In this document: positions 9,698 through 18,704 of the stretch, in pieces
Numbering within the stretch: the stretch's first letter is position 1
Layout: each line of letters opens with the position of its first letter
From: a bacterium
Lineage (GTDB): Bacteria > UBA8248
Assembly: GCA_965204535.1 (NCBI GenBank)
Contig: CBDBEV010000001.1
Coordinates: 1,600,001-1,664,000, forward strand
Direction of reading: 5' to 3'
Length of the DNA stretch: 64,000 nucleotides
The notes under the pieces: generated by a model
Told to the model about the DNA's origin: nothing
What the model saw: the letters and a program-made list of their open reading frames with translations, nothing else
The model's database searches: none
Made by a program: the position numbers and the translations under genes

Positions 9698-11199
9698 CTG
9701 TTGAAAAACCCTGTTTTGAAGCAGGGGGTATGGCGGCTCACGCGGCTTGGGATAGGAAGCCCAATCGGCGCGTGAGGCCGCGATATGCGCGCAGACGGCG
9801 TCTCCGGGCGGCCCAGGCCCTCCACAGAGCGAATATATCCGCCGCAAAAGCGGCGGCCAGCCGCTTGAGGTTCACCGCAGTCGCCGTCAGGTAGGCCTGG
9901 ATCCTCATGTTCGCAAGGCCCCGGCGCACCGCCCGCCCCAGTCCGTGCCGACTCTTCGCTTCGCCGTGGTAGCCCTCCGAACGCGACATGTGGCGGCGCC
10001 ACAGCCGGCCCTCCTCCTCCCCCCGGCGCGCGTGCCGCCGGCGCGCGCGCAACAGCGCCGGATATTCATGCGGAATCAGCACCGTCCTGCTCGTGTGCGA
10101 CTTGGGCAGACAATCCGACCTCAGCGCGCAGCCCGCGCAATCGCGCGTCCTCGAACCATAGTAGCGCCCCCGCTCCGTCTCCTTCCGGGGACGCAGCGTC
10201 TTGCCGCCCGGACACTTCACCACCTTGTGCCGCTCGTCGTAGCGGAACAACTGCAGCGGAACACGGCTCTGGGAAGGCTCCTTCTTCGCCGGTATCAGCG
10301 CATCAACACCCCGCCGCTCCAATCCCGCATACACCTTCGAGTACGCATAACCACTATCCGCCGTCACCACCGCGGGCGCGCGACCCGTGAGCTCGCAAAC
10401 CGCATCCAACTGCGGCTCCATCATCTCCCGCTCGTTCAACGTCCCCGCCGTCACCTCTACGTCGAGGACAACGCCCCGCTCGTCGTCCACCACCGCGTGG
10501 TGCTTGTAGCTCGGCTCGAACCCCGCCCGAGCGCTCTTGCGCGCCAGGCGCGCGTCGGGGTCCGTACGGCTCACCGGACCCGAACCCCCGCCCTTCTTCC
10601 CCGCCTCATCCGCCGAGTCGTTCTCCCGCACCACCTTCTCCGCGTGGCGCGCCGCCAGACTCTCCCAACTCACGTCCGCGCGTATCAAAGACGCGTCCAT
10701 GTGAACCACTTCCCCCTTCGCCACCTGCGCCTCCAGGCACGCCTGAACCGTGCGGCGCAATATCTCCTTGAACCGCGCCTCCCCCCACCGCTGGCGAATC
10801 CGCGTCAGGCTCGAATGATCCGGCAACTCCTCGTGCAGCTCGTAACCGATGAACCACCGGATCGCCAGGTTCACCTGCGCCTCGCGAAGCAGATGCCGGT
10901 CGTGAACGTGGCCCAGCAGAAGACCCGCCAGCATCAACCGCACCACCACTTCCGGGTCGATCCCCGGTCGACCGTTGTCCGCGCAATAGCACTCCGCCAC
11001 CTCCTCGCGAAGCCAACTCAAATCCAGTACGCGGTTCACCCGGAACAATATGTAATCTTCGGGAATCAACTGCTCCAGCGAACCGGCCACGAACAATTCC
11101 ATCTGCCCGCGCCTCTTGCGGTCCAACATCGGGGAATCTCCCATCTCGGGCGAGGGGGGATAACTCCATACGATCATAAAACCAGGGGTTTTTCAACAG
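9698..11199 (-). mobile_element. IS1182-family insertion sequence
   Basis: Inverted ends CTGTTGAAAAACCC / GGGTTTTTCAACAG; CCCCTCAAGGGG present on both sides (9686-9697, 11201-11212). Confidence 0.9.
9738..11129 (-). CDS. IS1182-family DDE transposase
   Basis: GRPGIDP, LPDHSSLTRIRQR, DASLIRA, TDPDA, ADSGY, Zn-ribbon CPGG..CAGCALRSDC, EGYHGEAK.RHGL.RA..RG. Confidence 0.92.
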   Translation of the reverse strand: MLDRKRRGQMELFVAGSLEQLIPEDYILFRVNRVLDLSWLREEVAECYCADNGRPGIDPEVVVRLMLAGLLLGHVHDRHLLREAQVNLAIRWFIGYELHEELPDHSSLTRIRQRWGEARFKEILRRTVQACLEAQVAKGEVVHMDASLIRADVSWESLAARHAEKVVRENDSADEAGKKGGGSGPVSRTDPDARLARKSARAGFEPSYKHHAVVDDERGVVLDVEVTAGTLNEREMMEPQLDAVCELTGRAPAVVTADSGYAYSKVYAGLERRGVDALIPAKKEPSQSRVPLQLFRYDERHKVVKCPGGKTLRPRKETERGRYYGSRTRDCAGCALRSDCLPKSHTSRTVLIPHEYPALLRARRRHARRGEEEGRLWRRHMSRSEGYHGEAKSRHGLGRAVRRGLANMRIQAYLTATAVNLKRLAAAFAADIFALWRAWAARRRRLRAYRGLTRRLGFLSQAA

Positions 11200-11443
11200 G
11201 CCCCTCAAGGGGGGAGTGAATTTCCTCTCTCCTTGGGTTGTAATAACCCTTAAGGGGGGAGTGATTTGGCCCGACCCGCAAGGACTTCTCCAACAACCCG
11301 CAAAACGGCGGGACGATTTCACCCGCGCGTGAAATGTGATAGAAGCTGATCGCGGTTTCGGCGCAGCGCGCCGGGCCGCTCTCATGCGGGGCAACCATCT
11401 CCTCCGGCGTCGCCACCCAAAACATGAAGGCAGCCATCCGAAA

Positions 11444-12160
11444 ATGAGCAAACCCGGAAAAAAACTCTCCTACAAGAACTTCATCATCCCGCTCGCCCTC
11501 GTCCTCGTCCTGGTCGCTTTCTTCTATTCGGGGCTGGGCCGCTACCTCACTTTCGAGACCTTGCGGGAAAACCAGAGCCTGCTCAAGGGGTGGGTGCACG
11601 ATAACGGCGCGCTCGCCGTCTTCGCCTACATGCTCGCCTACGCAGCGGTCACGATTTTCTCCCTCCCCGGCGGCCTGGTGATGAGCATCACAGGAGGCTT
11701 CCTGTTCGGGACCGTCTGGGGGGCGCTCTATATCGTCGTGGGCGCGACGGCGGGGGCGACGGTTCTCTTCATCGCGGCCAAGACCTCGCTCGGCGACCCC
11801 CTGCGTGCGAAGGCCGGCCCCTGGCTCCAGAAGATGGAAGAGGGCTTTCAGGAGAACGCGCTGAACTACCTGCTGGTTCTAAGGCTCGTTCCTATCTTTC
11901 CCTTTTTCGTGGTGAACCTCGTGCCCGCCTTTCTGGGGGTGTCCCTGAGCGTCTACGTCATCGGCACGTTCTTGGGCATCATTCCCGGCTCGTTCGTCTT
12001 CGCTTCTGTGGGCGCGGGGCTCGGCAGCATATTCGAGGCGGGGGGCGAGTTCTCCGCCAAGGGGATTTTGACGCCCCAGGTCATGATCGCGCTCGTGGGA
12101 CTGGCGGCGCTCTCCCTCATTCCCGTGGTCTACAAGAAGATGAAATCGAAAGAGGGTTAG
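11444..12160 (+). CDS. TVP38/TMEM64 (DedA/VTT) family membrane protein
   Basis: SLPGG..SITGGFLFG, LRLVPIFPFFVVN, GTFLGIIPG. Confidence 0.88.
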   Translation: MSKPGKKLSYKNFIIPLALVLVLVAFFYSGLGRYLTFETLRENQSLLKGWVHDNGALAVFAYMLAYAAVTIFSLPGGLVMSITGGFLFGTVWGALYIVVGATAGATVLFIAAKTSLGDPLRAKAGPWLQKMEEGFQENALNYLLVLRLVPIFPFFVVNLVPAFLGVSLSVYVIGTFLGIIPGSFVFASVGAGLGSIFEAGGEFSAKGILTPQVMIALVGLAALSLIPVVYKKMKSKEG

Positions 12161-12163
12161 TCC

Positions 12164-12952
12164 TCAAAGCGGTTTTTTTGCGGCGAACAGATACCTGTTG
12201 TGCGCGAAGAAATAAGCGCCCGCCTCGCCTTGTTCCCGCAAGTCGTCCGCCCAGGCATCCACCTCTTCCTGCGTGAGACCGGTGCGCTCCGGCAAGACGC
12301 CCTGAAACATGCGGATGAAGTGAAAACTGAAGCGCTCGGGCCCGTAGGTGGTGTCGAGTACGGGAATCGCGTGGGCGGACGCATCGACGAAGCCCGCCGC
12401 CTCGATCCTGCGTTTGAGCGTAAGCGGAAGCCTCAGATGGGCGAAGCCCTCCAGCCAACCGGCCATCACCCGCTCACAGAGCGCCGCATCCTTACAGTGC
12501 CACGTCGTGGAGCCCCAGTCGGCGTCGCTCACCGCGAGCCGTCCGCCGGGCTTCAGGGCGCGGTGAATCTCGCGCAAGGCCGCATCCACGTCAGCCACGA
12601 ACTCAAGCGTCTGCACGCTCACGCAGGCGTCGAAACCGCCATCTTCGAACGGTAGTGATACGGCGTCGGCGTTTAGAAAGTCGACCCAGGGCTTATCGGC
12701 GCAGCGCGCCCGGGCGAGCTCGATCATCGGCTCGCTGATGTCCACGCCGCGCACGCAGCCCGTCGGGCCGACCATCTGCGCCATCTCGTCGGCGAACAGG
12801 CCGGGGCCGGAACCCACGTCCAGAACGCGCGCGCCGGAGGTGAGACGCAAAGCCTCTATCGTCCGCCGTCTGGCGTCCACCATGTCCCGTGTCTGGTATA
12901 TGGCTTCGGCGCGGCGCGAGGCGCGCTCATCGAAATCCATCGTGTCGCTCAC
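12164..12952 (-). CDS. Class I SAM-dependent methyltransferase (UbiE-like)
   Basis: VLDVGSGPG, GVDISEPM, DAVSLPFEDGGFD, RALKPGGR. Confidence 0.88.
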   Translation of the reverse strand: MSDTMDFDERASRRAEAIYQTRDMVDARRRTIEALRLTSGARVLDVGSGPGLFADEMAQMVGPTGCVRGVDISEPMIELARARCADKPWVDFLNADAVSLPFEDGGFDACVSVQTLEFVADVDAALREIHRALKPGGRLAVSDADWGSTTWHCKDAALCERVMAGWLEGFAHLRLPLTLKRRIEAAGFVDASAHAIPVLDTTYGPERFSFHFIRMFQGVLPERTGLTQEEVDAWADDLREQGEAGAYFFAHNRYLFAAKKPL

Positions 12953-12990
12953 GGGCGCGCTCCGGTTAGGAGGTCAAACGCGAGGGAGGA

Positions 12991-13307
12991 GGGGCTGTTG
13001 AAAAAGTCCTCATTTCGTGTCTCGGCAATTGGAAACGACCGAAGGATGAGGAGACTTCACTTCCAACCTTACAGAACGTCTACCAACCACTCCCCCCTTG
13101 AGGGGGAGTCGAAGAGCTGAGGGCGTAAGCCCGAAAGCGATTCGGTGGGGGGTATAATTCGGAATGGCGATAAAACGCATTTTACCCCCCACCGAGTCAG
13201 CCTTCGCACAAAACGCTCGGCTTCCTCGACTCCCCCTCAAGGGGGGAGTGAACTTCAAAAACTTGCGCTCAACTAAAATCGCTCCACGGGACTTTTTCAA
13301 CAGCCCC
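12991..13307. mobile_element. MITE with IS1182-type ends carrying repeat family B (13089-13250)
   Basis: GGGGCTGTTGAAAAAGTCC ... GGACTTTTTCAACAGCCCC; inner ACTCCCCCCTTGAGGGGGAGTC ... GACTCCCCCTCAAGGGGGGAGT. Confidence 0.75.
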
Positions 13308-13469
13308 CTCAAGGGGGAAGTGGTTCTTCCTCTTTAATCAGTTGCCAATGCCCCTCAAGGGGGAGCCCGCAGGGGCGGTTCGCGAACGGTGGGGCGGACA
13401 AATAGGTCCGCCCCTACCTCATTTTGAAACCGGAATCAGGCGCCATGGAAACCCGAAGGAGAGACCCTC

Positions 13470-13865
13470 CTACGCGCCCTTGAAATACTCCTCGTCCTCG
13501 GGCCGGGGCTTCCAGTTCGGGTTGGTGGGCCATTCCTTGTGGCGCGAGAGCTTATCGCCCCCGTAGCGCACCCGGTAGAGCAGCGTACGCTCCGAACCGT
13601 TCGTGTATTCATGAAGCTCGCCCGGGGGATGTACGATGAACGAACCGGGGATCACGTCGACCTCGCCGGTGGGGGTCTTCATCCTGCCGCCGCCCTTGTA
13701 GCAGAAATAAATCTCGGTCGCGTAGGGGTGGCAGTGGTAGGGGCTCACCTGGCCGGGCTCCCAGCAGGCCACCGTAACGTCGCCCTCCTCGTAGCGGCCC
13801 AGAATTTTCTCCACGTGCTTTTCGGTGCTGAATTCCTTTTCCTTTTCCAGATCGAAAACGTGCAT
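13470..13865 (-). CDS. Cupin-domain protein
   Basis: WEPGQVSPYHCHP..EIYF, PPGELH; GGAG RBS before ATG 13865. Confidence 0.85.
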   Translation of the reverse strand: MHVFDLEKEKEFSTEKHVEKILGRYEEGDVTVACWEPGQVSPYHCHPYATEIYFCYKGGGRMKTPTGEVDVIPGSFIVHPPGELHEYTNGSERTLLYRVRYGGDKLSRHKEWPTNPNWKPRPEDEEYFKGA

Positions 13866-13916
13866 CTTCTTCTCCTGTGTGTATGACTTCCGCACGAACA
13901 AAGGGAGCGCACGCGC

Positions 13917-14274
13917 GGCTGTTGAAAAACCGGTATGCGGCCCCTACCAAGATCGTTCCCCATCAAGGAGAATTGCAAATCCACTCCCCCCTTGAGGGGG
14001 TTATTGAAAAAGTCCTTCCCGCCCGGAATTCACCACCGCCGGAATGACGGCCAAAACCCGAAACAGGGCGGCGGCGCAGGCTCTCGCCTTGAAAACCAAC
14101 CCCCCCTACCCCCCCTTGTCAGGGGGGTAAAAAAAGAAAGACCCCATCGTCGGGGGCAAGAAAAAACAAAAGCCCCTCTACCGGCGGCGGGCGTCGCCTT
14201 TTCATACCCCCCTGACAAGGGGGGGTAGGGGGGTTGCCTTTATCCCCTGAGGAGGGGGACTTTTCAACAGCCCC
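13917..14274. mobile_element. Nested MITE with IS1182-type ends carrying repeat family C (14098-14235)
   Basis: Left ends at 13917 and 13997, right end GGACTTTTCAACAGCCCC at 14274; inner AACCCCCCCTACCCCCCCTTGTCAGGGGGG ... CCCCCCTGACAAGGGGGGGTAGGGGGGTT. Confidence 0.7.
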
Positions 14275-14296
14275 GCGCGCGGCCCCCATGAACTCT

Positions 14297-15664
14297 TTAC
14301 AACCCGCTGAACTCCTCGCAGATGGCGGCCATCCACTTGGCCCCGTCGATCAGATCCGCGATTTTCAGGTTTTCGTTCGCGCTGTGCGTGCGCGAGGTGA
14401 TGCGGCCCACCCCGGTCGAGGACAGCGGCACCCCCAGGTGCTTCAAGACGATATACGTCGGCGTGCTTCCGTTTCCGAACGGATTGATGATGGCGTCTTC
14501 CCCGTAGAGCCTGTGCGACGCCGCGTTGCAGGCCTTCACGATGTCGGCCTCGGGGTCACTCTTCGCCGGGTAGGAGGTAAACAGAAGCTCCACGCCGATG
14601 TCCTCGAAGCCGTGCCTGTCCAGGTGCGCGCGCACGCAGTCCCTTATCTTGTAGGGGTCCTGGTTCGGCACGAGGCGGCAGTCTATCTTGGCCCGCGCGC
14701 GGGCGGAGACGATGGTCTTCACCCCCTCGCCGGTGTAGCCGCCGTCGAAACCGGCGATGTTGAATGTCGGGTTCGCTAGGTGGCGGCGGGGGAGGTCCTC
14801 GTCCTTCATGTCGAGCAGGAACTTCCTGAGCTCGAACTTCTCGATGCGCTCGGCTCCGTTATAAGGCAGCACGCGGCGGATGAGTTCGTCCTCGATCTCG
14901 GTGATCGGCAGCACGTCGTCGTAAAAGCCCTCGACGAGCACGTTCTCGTCCTGGTCCTTCATGGTCGAGAGCGCCCAGGTCATCCGCCAGGCCGCGTTCT
15001 CGTATATCTGTGCGTTCGAGCTGTGGAAATCCACGTTCGCCGTCCGGCAGGTGAGTTCCATGTAGCAGAGCCCCTTGTTGCCGAGCGAGAGCACGGGTGT
15101 GTCCACCCGCGTGGTGTTGTCCTCCCAGACGCAGCCGTCCGCCGCGAGCAGATCCCCGTTTTCTTTCACGAAAGGCTCGAGCGAGGGGCTTCCCACCTCC
15201 TCTTCGCCCTCGATGATGTACTTGACCGAACACGGCAGTTCGCCGCGCACAGCGAGGAAGGCCTCGAACGCCGCGAGGCGGCTCATGATGTTGCCCTTGT
15301 TGTCCGTCGCCCCTCTCGCGATGACGGCTCCGTCGACAATCTCGGCGTCGAAAGGCGGCGTGTCCCATTCCGAGAGCGGCTCGGCGGGCTGCACGTCGTA
15401 GTGGTTGTAGAAGAGAAGCGTCTTGTCCCCGCCGCCTCCAAGGCTTGCGGTGAGAATCGGGTTCCCTTCCGTCTCATGGAGCGTCGTCTTAAGGCCTGAG
15501 CGCGCCACGCGCGCCTCCAGAAGGGCCGCCATCTCCCTGATCCCCACGTTGGTCGTCGAGATGCTCGGCTGGCGGCAGAGTTCCTGCAGATCCGCCACGA
15601 AGCGATCCGCGTTCTCGTCGATATAGTCCAGCACTTTACGGAAGTCTTTCTCTTCGCTCATCAC
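14297..15664 (-). CDS. M20 family metallopeptidase/deacylase
   Basis: YNHYDVQP, ARGATDNKG, EGEEEVGS, DFHS, HSANEN. Confidence 0.9.
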   Translation of the reverse strand: MMSEEKDFRKVLDYIDENADRFVADLQELCRQPSISTTNVGIREMAALLEARVARSGLKTTLHETEGNPILTASLGGGGDKTLLFYNHYDVQPAEPLSEWDTPPFDAEIVDGAVIARGATDNKGNIMSRLAAFEAFLAVRGELPCSVKYIIEGEEEVGSPSLEPFVKENGDLLAADGCVWEDNTTRVDTPVLSLGNKGLCYMELTCRTANVDFHSSNAQIYENAAWRMTWALSTMKDQDENVLVEGFYDDVLPITEIEDELIRRVLPYNGAERIEKFELRKFLLDMKDEDLPRRHLANPTFNIAGFDGGYTGEGVKTIVSARARAKIDCRLVPNQDPYKIRDCVRAHLDRHGFEDIGVELLFTSYPAKSDPEADIVKACNAASHRLYGEDAIINPFGNGSTPTYIVLKHLGVPLSSTGVGRITSRTHSANENLKIADLIDGAKWMAAICEEFSGL

Positions 15665-15843
15665 ACACCCCTCTTTCGCAAATCACCGGTGGTCGGCTCA
15701 TCGGTTTGATTATCAGCGTGGAACAAAGATATGATCGCGCGCGTTTACATTCAACCCGAAAACCCGCATTCGCGCGACTCAGACCCGGGCGTCTCGCCTC
15801 GTGGATTCCGCCGCGTCATGAATGCGACGCAAGGAGGCCATTC

Positions 15844-17019
15844 ATGCCCGAAGCACCCGCGAACACGAACTGGTACACGTACTTTCCCGAGGACTACCGC
15901 TGGTCGGCCGCCATCTGCGGCATGGTGTCGAGCGCGCAGTGGGGCGGGACCGAGATCGGCGAGGTCGACAAGGTCTGCCGCCGCCTCTACAAGAAACTCG
16001 GCGACGACAACCTGTGGTTCCGCGAGTGGGACCGCATGGGCGACGTCGTGCGGGATCTGGGCCGCGCCGCCGAGCGCAAGAAGCGAAACCTCTCCGCCGC
16101 CTCCCACTACAAGCGCGCCACCTGCTACTACCAGATGGGCGAGCGCTTCCGGACGCCCAAGGACAAGCGCGCGGTCGCCACGTTCAAGAAATCGCTCGAC
16201 ACCTTCCGCCGCTTCGTGCGCCTGACGGACAGGCCCCGAATCGAGGCCGTGCAGGTTCCCTTCGAGGGCAGAAAAAAACTCCCCGGCTATCTCGTGCATG
16301 CGGAGAACACGCGGAAGAGAAAACCTCCCGTGGTGGTCTTCTTCGACGGGCTCGACGTGACCAAGGAGCTTCAGTTCACCCGCGGCGTGGAAGACCTCAT
16401 CCGGCGGGGCATGAGCTGTCTGGTGATGGACGGCCCCGGCACGGGCGAGGCCATCCGTCTGCGCAACATCTACCTGCGCCCCGATTACGAGGTCGCAGGC
16501 TCGGCCGCGCTCGATTATCTCGAAACGAGAAACGACGTGGATGCCAAGAACGCCGGCGTCATGGCGGTCAGCCTGGGCGGCTACTATGCGCCGCGCATCG
16601 CCAGCATGGAGCACCGCTACAAGGCATGCCTGGCCTGGGGGGCGATATGGGACTACTACGCTACCTGGAAAAAGCGCATCGAGGCGTCCTTCAAGGCGGA
16701 GCTCTCCGTTCCGGGCCATCACATCCAGTGGATCCTGAACGCCGACTCGCTCGACGACGCCCTGGTCAAGCTCGAGGGCTTCCGGCTCGACGGCGTCGTG
16801 CAGAACATGCGCTGTCCCTTCCTCGTCACGCACGGAGCGGACGACAAGCAGATTCCGCTCCGGGACGCCAAGGCGCTCTATAACGCCGTGGGCTCCAAGG
16901 ACAAGACGCTCAAGGTCTTCACCGTGAAGGAAGGCGGCTCCCAGCACTGCCAGCGCGACAACTACGCCATCGGCACGGCCTACATGTTCGACTGGCTCCA
17001 GGAGAAGCTCTGCGGGTAG
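15844..17019 (+). CDS. Alpha/beta hydrolase, 2,6-dihydroxypseudooxynicotine hydrolase/FrsA-like (paralog 1)
   Basis: FDGLDVTKE, DGPGTGE, AVSLGGYYAPR, HGADD, QHCQ; AGGAGG RBS. Confidence 0.8.
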   Translation: MPEAPANTNWYTYFPEDYRWSAAICGMVSSAQWGGTEIGEVDKVCRRLYKKLGDDNLWFREWDRMGDVVRDLGRAAERKKRNLSAASHYKRATCYYQMGERFRTPKDKRAVATFKKSLDTFRRFVRLTDRPRIEAVQVPFEGRKKLPGYLVHAENTRKRKPPVVVFFDGLDVTKELQFTRGVEDLIRRGMSCLVMDGPGTGEAIRLRNIYLRPDYEVAGSAALDYLETRNDVDAKNAGVMAVSLGGYYAPRIASMEHRYKACLAWGAIWDYYATWKKRIEASFKAELSVPGHHIQWILNADSLDDALVKLEGFRLDGVVQNMRCPFLVTHGADDKQIPLRDAKALYNAVGSKDKTLKVFTVKEGGSQHCQRDNYAIGTAYMFDWLQEKLCG

Positions 17020-17050
17020 GAGGGGATGTTCGCGTGATGCGGTGGTGGCT

Positions 17051-17123
17051 GTAGGGACAGGCCCCCGTGCCTGTCCTGCCTTCGTGTTTGCCTGTGTAGG
17101 GACAGGTCGCGACCTGTCCCTAC
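17051..17123 (+). repeat. Pair of GTAG-type REP palindromes
   Basis: GTAGGGACAGGC-cccgt-GCCTGTCC-like (17051-17076) and perfect GTAGGGACAGGTCGCGACCTGTCCCTAC (17096-17123). Confidence 0.75.
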
Positions 17124-17147
17124 TGGGATGGCGAACAAATCGGAACC

Positions 17148-17298
17148 ACTCCCCCCTTGAGGGGGAGTCGGTGAGGTGAGGGGGTATTTACCCGAAACCG
17201 AACCGGTGGGGGGAGATTTTTTCTGTGGCATGTCCCCCCACCACATCGGCCTTCGTCCAAAGGACTCGGCCTCTGTGACTCCCCCTCAAGGGGGGAGT
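17148..17298. repeat. Repeat family B palindromic MITE
   Basis: ACTCCCCCCTTGAGGGGGAGTC ... GACTCCCCCTCAAGGGGGGAGT with inner GGTGGGGGGA / TCCCCCCACC arms. Confidence 0.75.
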
Positions 17299-18116
17299 TT
17301 ATTAGCAAATGACAACAACTTCCCTTCTTCATCACGTGCTGCTGTCAATTGTGCTGTCTCGCAAATCGCCTTCCACGCCCAATTAGCAAATGCCCACTGT
17401 GGCGGCAAAATAATCCAGCCGTCTTTGTCGTCGCCAACCGCCGTAAAGTTTCCTGCCACAATGCAGAGCGCAGTTAACGCGCAAACGAAAGCCGCTCGGT
17501 CATCGTGGTTTTTAATTTCATCTATATTTTGTGCCCACCTCCGGCCGCCCAAGAACTTCTCGACAAACTGGTCAAGCTGTTGGTGTTTCGACAAGTGAGC
17601 AAAAAAGATATCTGACTTTTGTTTGTTCTTTGGTCGATTTAACGAAGCCGGGTGCTTGAGCATTACTCCAAGAAAAGTCGTCGGAAAGGCTTCGACAATC
17701 GCACATTCGTCTATCCGTACCTTGTGATTCGCCTTCCTGACACGACAGTGTTTTTTTAGGGCTATCGCTGACTTGTTTGCCTGATCATTGAGTTTCTTTC
17801 CATTCGGCGTACTGGATTGCCCTGGTTTGCCAACTTTTTTCGTAAGTTCTCCCCGACTGAGAAGCCGCTCGGCGCCACGATAACGATCAACCTCATCAAA
17901 TTTGGGACGAAGGGGACCATCTATAGCGACTGCAAGTAGCATACGATTGTCCACGACATCCATGATCGCTTCCTCACGATCGGAATCGAGCGCACGGAAC
18001 CTCTGGATTTCCCATTTAACTTCTTCACGGCTCCAGGAAAGACGACAAACAGCGCTCGACTTCCTTTTCTTTGACCAGCCTACATCTATTCCGAGCACGC
18101 TACCTCTAGCGTTCAT
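17286..18116 (-). CDS. DUF429-like predicted nuclease (RNase H-like fold)
   Basis: VLGIDVGWS, VAIDGPL, R..ERLL, IVEAFP, HDDRAAFVCA, GWIILPP; lower GC than flanks. Confidence 0.7.
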   Translation of the reverse strand: MNARGSVLGIDVGWSKKRKSSAVCRLSWSREEVKWEIQRFRALDSDREEAIMDVVDNRMLLAVAIDGPLRPKFDEVDRYRGAERLLSRGELTKKVGKPGQSSTPNGKKLNDQANKSAIALKKHCRVRKANHKVRIDECAIVEAFPTTFLGVMLKHPASLNRPKNKQKSDIFFAHLSKHQQLDQFVEKFLGGRRWAQNIDEIKNHDDRAAFVCALTALCIVAGNFTAVGDDKDGWIILPPQWAFANWAWKAICETAQLTAARDEEGKLLSFANKLPP

Positions 18117-18159
18117 CAGACACCTCTTACGTGTTTATGGTTTATTTCTATATTGCGTT

Positions 18160-18390
18160 TCACTCACGCATCGGCTCGCGCGGCGGCAACTCCAACTCGA
18201 CACCGCCGAAGGGCTTGAACCGTTCGTGGATCGCCGTCCCCAAGCCCTTCACGGGCACTTCTTCCCGACCGACGGCCTCGCGCAGGATCACCCGCGCTTC
18301 TTCTTCCATCGAGCGGCCGTTCTCCGCCGCACGCACGCGAAGGCGCGTTTTCACGTCGTCGTCGAGATTGCGGATCGTGATGCTCGCCAT
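18160..18390 (-). CDS. FitA/StbC-like ribbon-helix-helix antitoxin, no cognate toxin
   Basis: MASITIRNLDDDVKTRLRVRAAENGRSMEEEARVIL...FGGVELELPPREPMRE. Confidence 0.85.
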   Translation of the reverse strand: MASITIRNLDDDVKTRLRVRAAENGRSMEEEARVILREAVGREEVPVKGLGTAIHERFKPFGGVELELPPREPMRE

Positions 18391-18501
18391 GGCTATGCTC
18401 TCCTTTTCCACCTGTTTCTAACCTGTTCAACAATTGAAATGCAATCAAACGTAAGGAGAAACCAATTCCGGTAATACTGACCTCAAAAGGCTGCTTTATA
18501 A

Positions 18502-18522
18502 GGACAGGTCGCGACCTGTCCC
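18502..18522. repeat. REP palindrome (copy of the 17096-17123 core)
   Basis: GGACAGGTCGCGACCTGTCCC. Confidence 0.7.
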
Positions 18523-18704
18523 TGCACCCATGACGCAAAGAACAGCGCTGTGATATATTTCCCGCCACTGGAACAACGATACGAGGAAGCCCGAATTTCG
18601 AAGAACGCACGGATAGAAGAATCCGTTTTTCTCGATTTTCCCGCGCCATCCCTCAAAATGATACGTGCACGATAATCTTCTACTTCTCGCAAGGAGAACG
18701 CCTC

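Larger units (their letters stand above)
9483..11299. mobile_element. Composite MITE with degenerate IS1182-like ends, containing repeat family B and a nested full IS1182
   Basis: GGGGGTGTTGAAAATGCC (9483) ... GGACTTCTCCAACAACCC (11299); 9483-9697 is an inverted near-copy of 13089-13307. Confidence 0.6.

Noticed and set aside
9945-11219. 424-aa plus-strand ORF inside IS1182
   Set aside because: Antisense shadow of the transposase with Arg/Pro/His-rich non-protein-like composition
18160-18162. Sec readthrough at other TGA stops, such as the fitA stop
   Set aside because: No in-frame homologous continuation or redox motif follows
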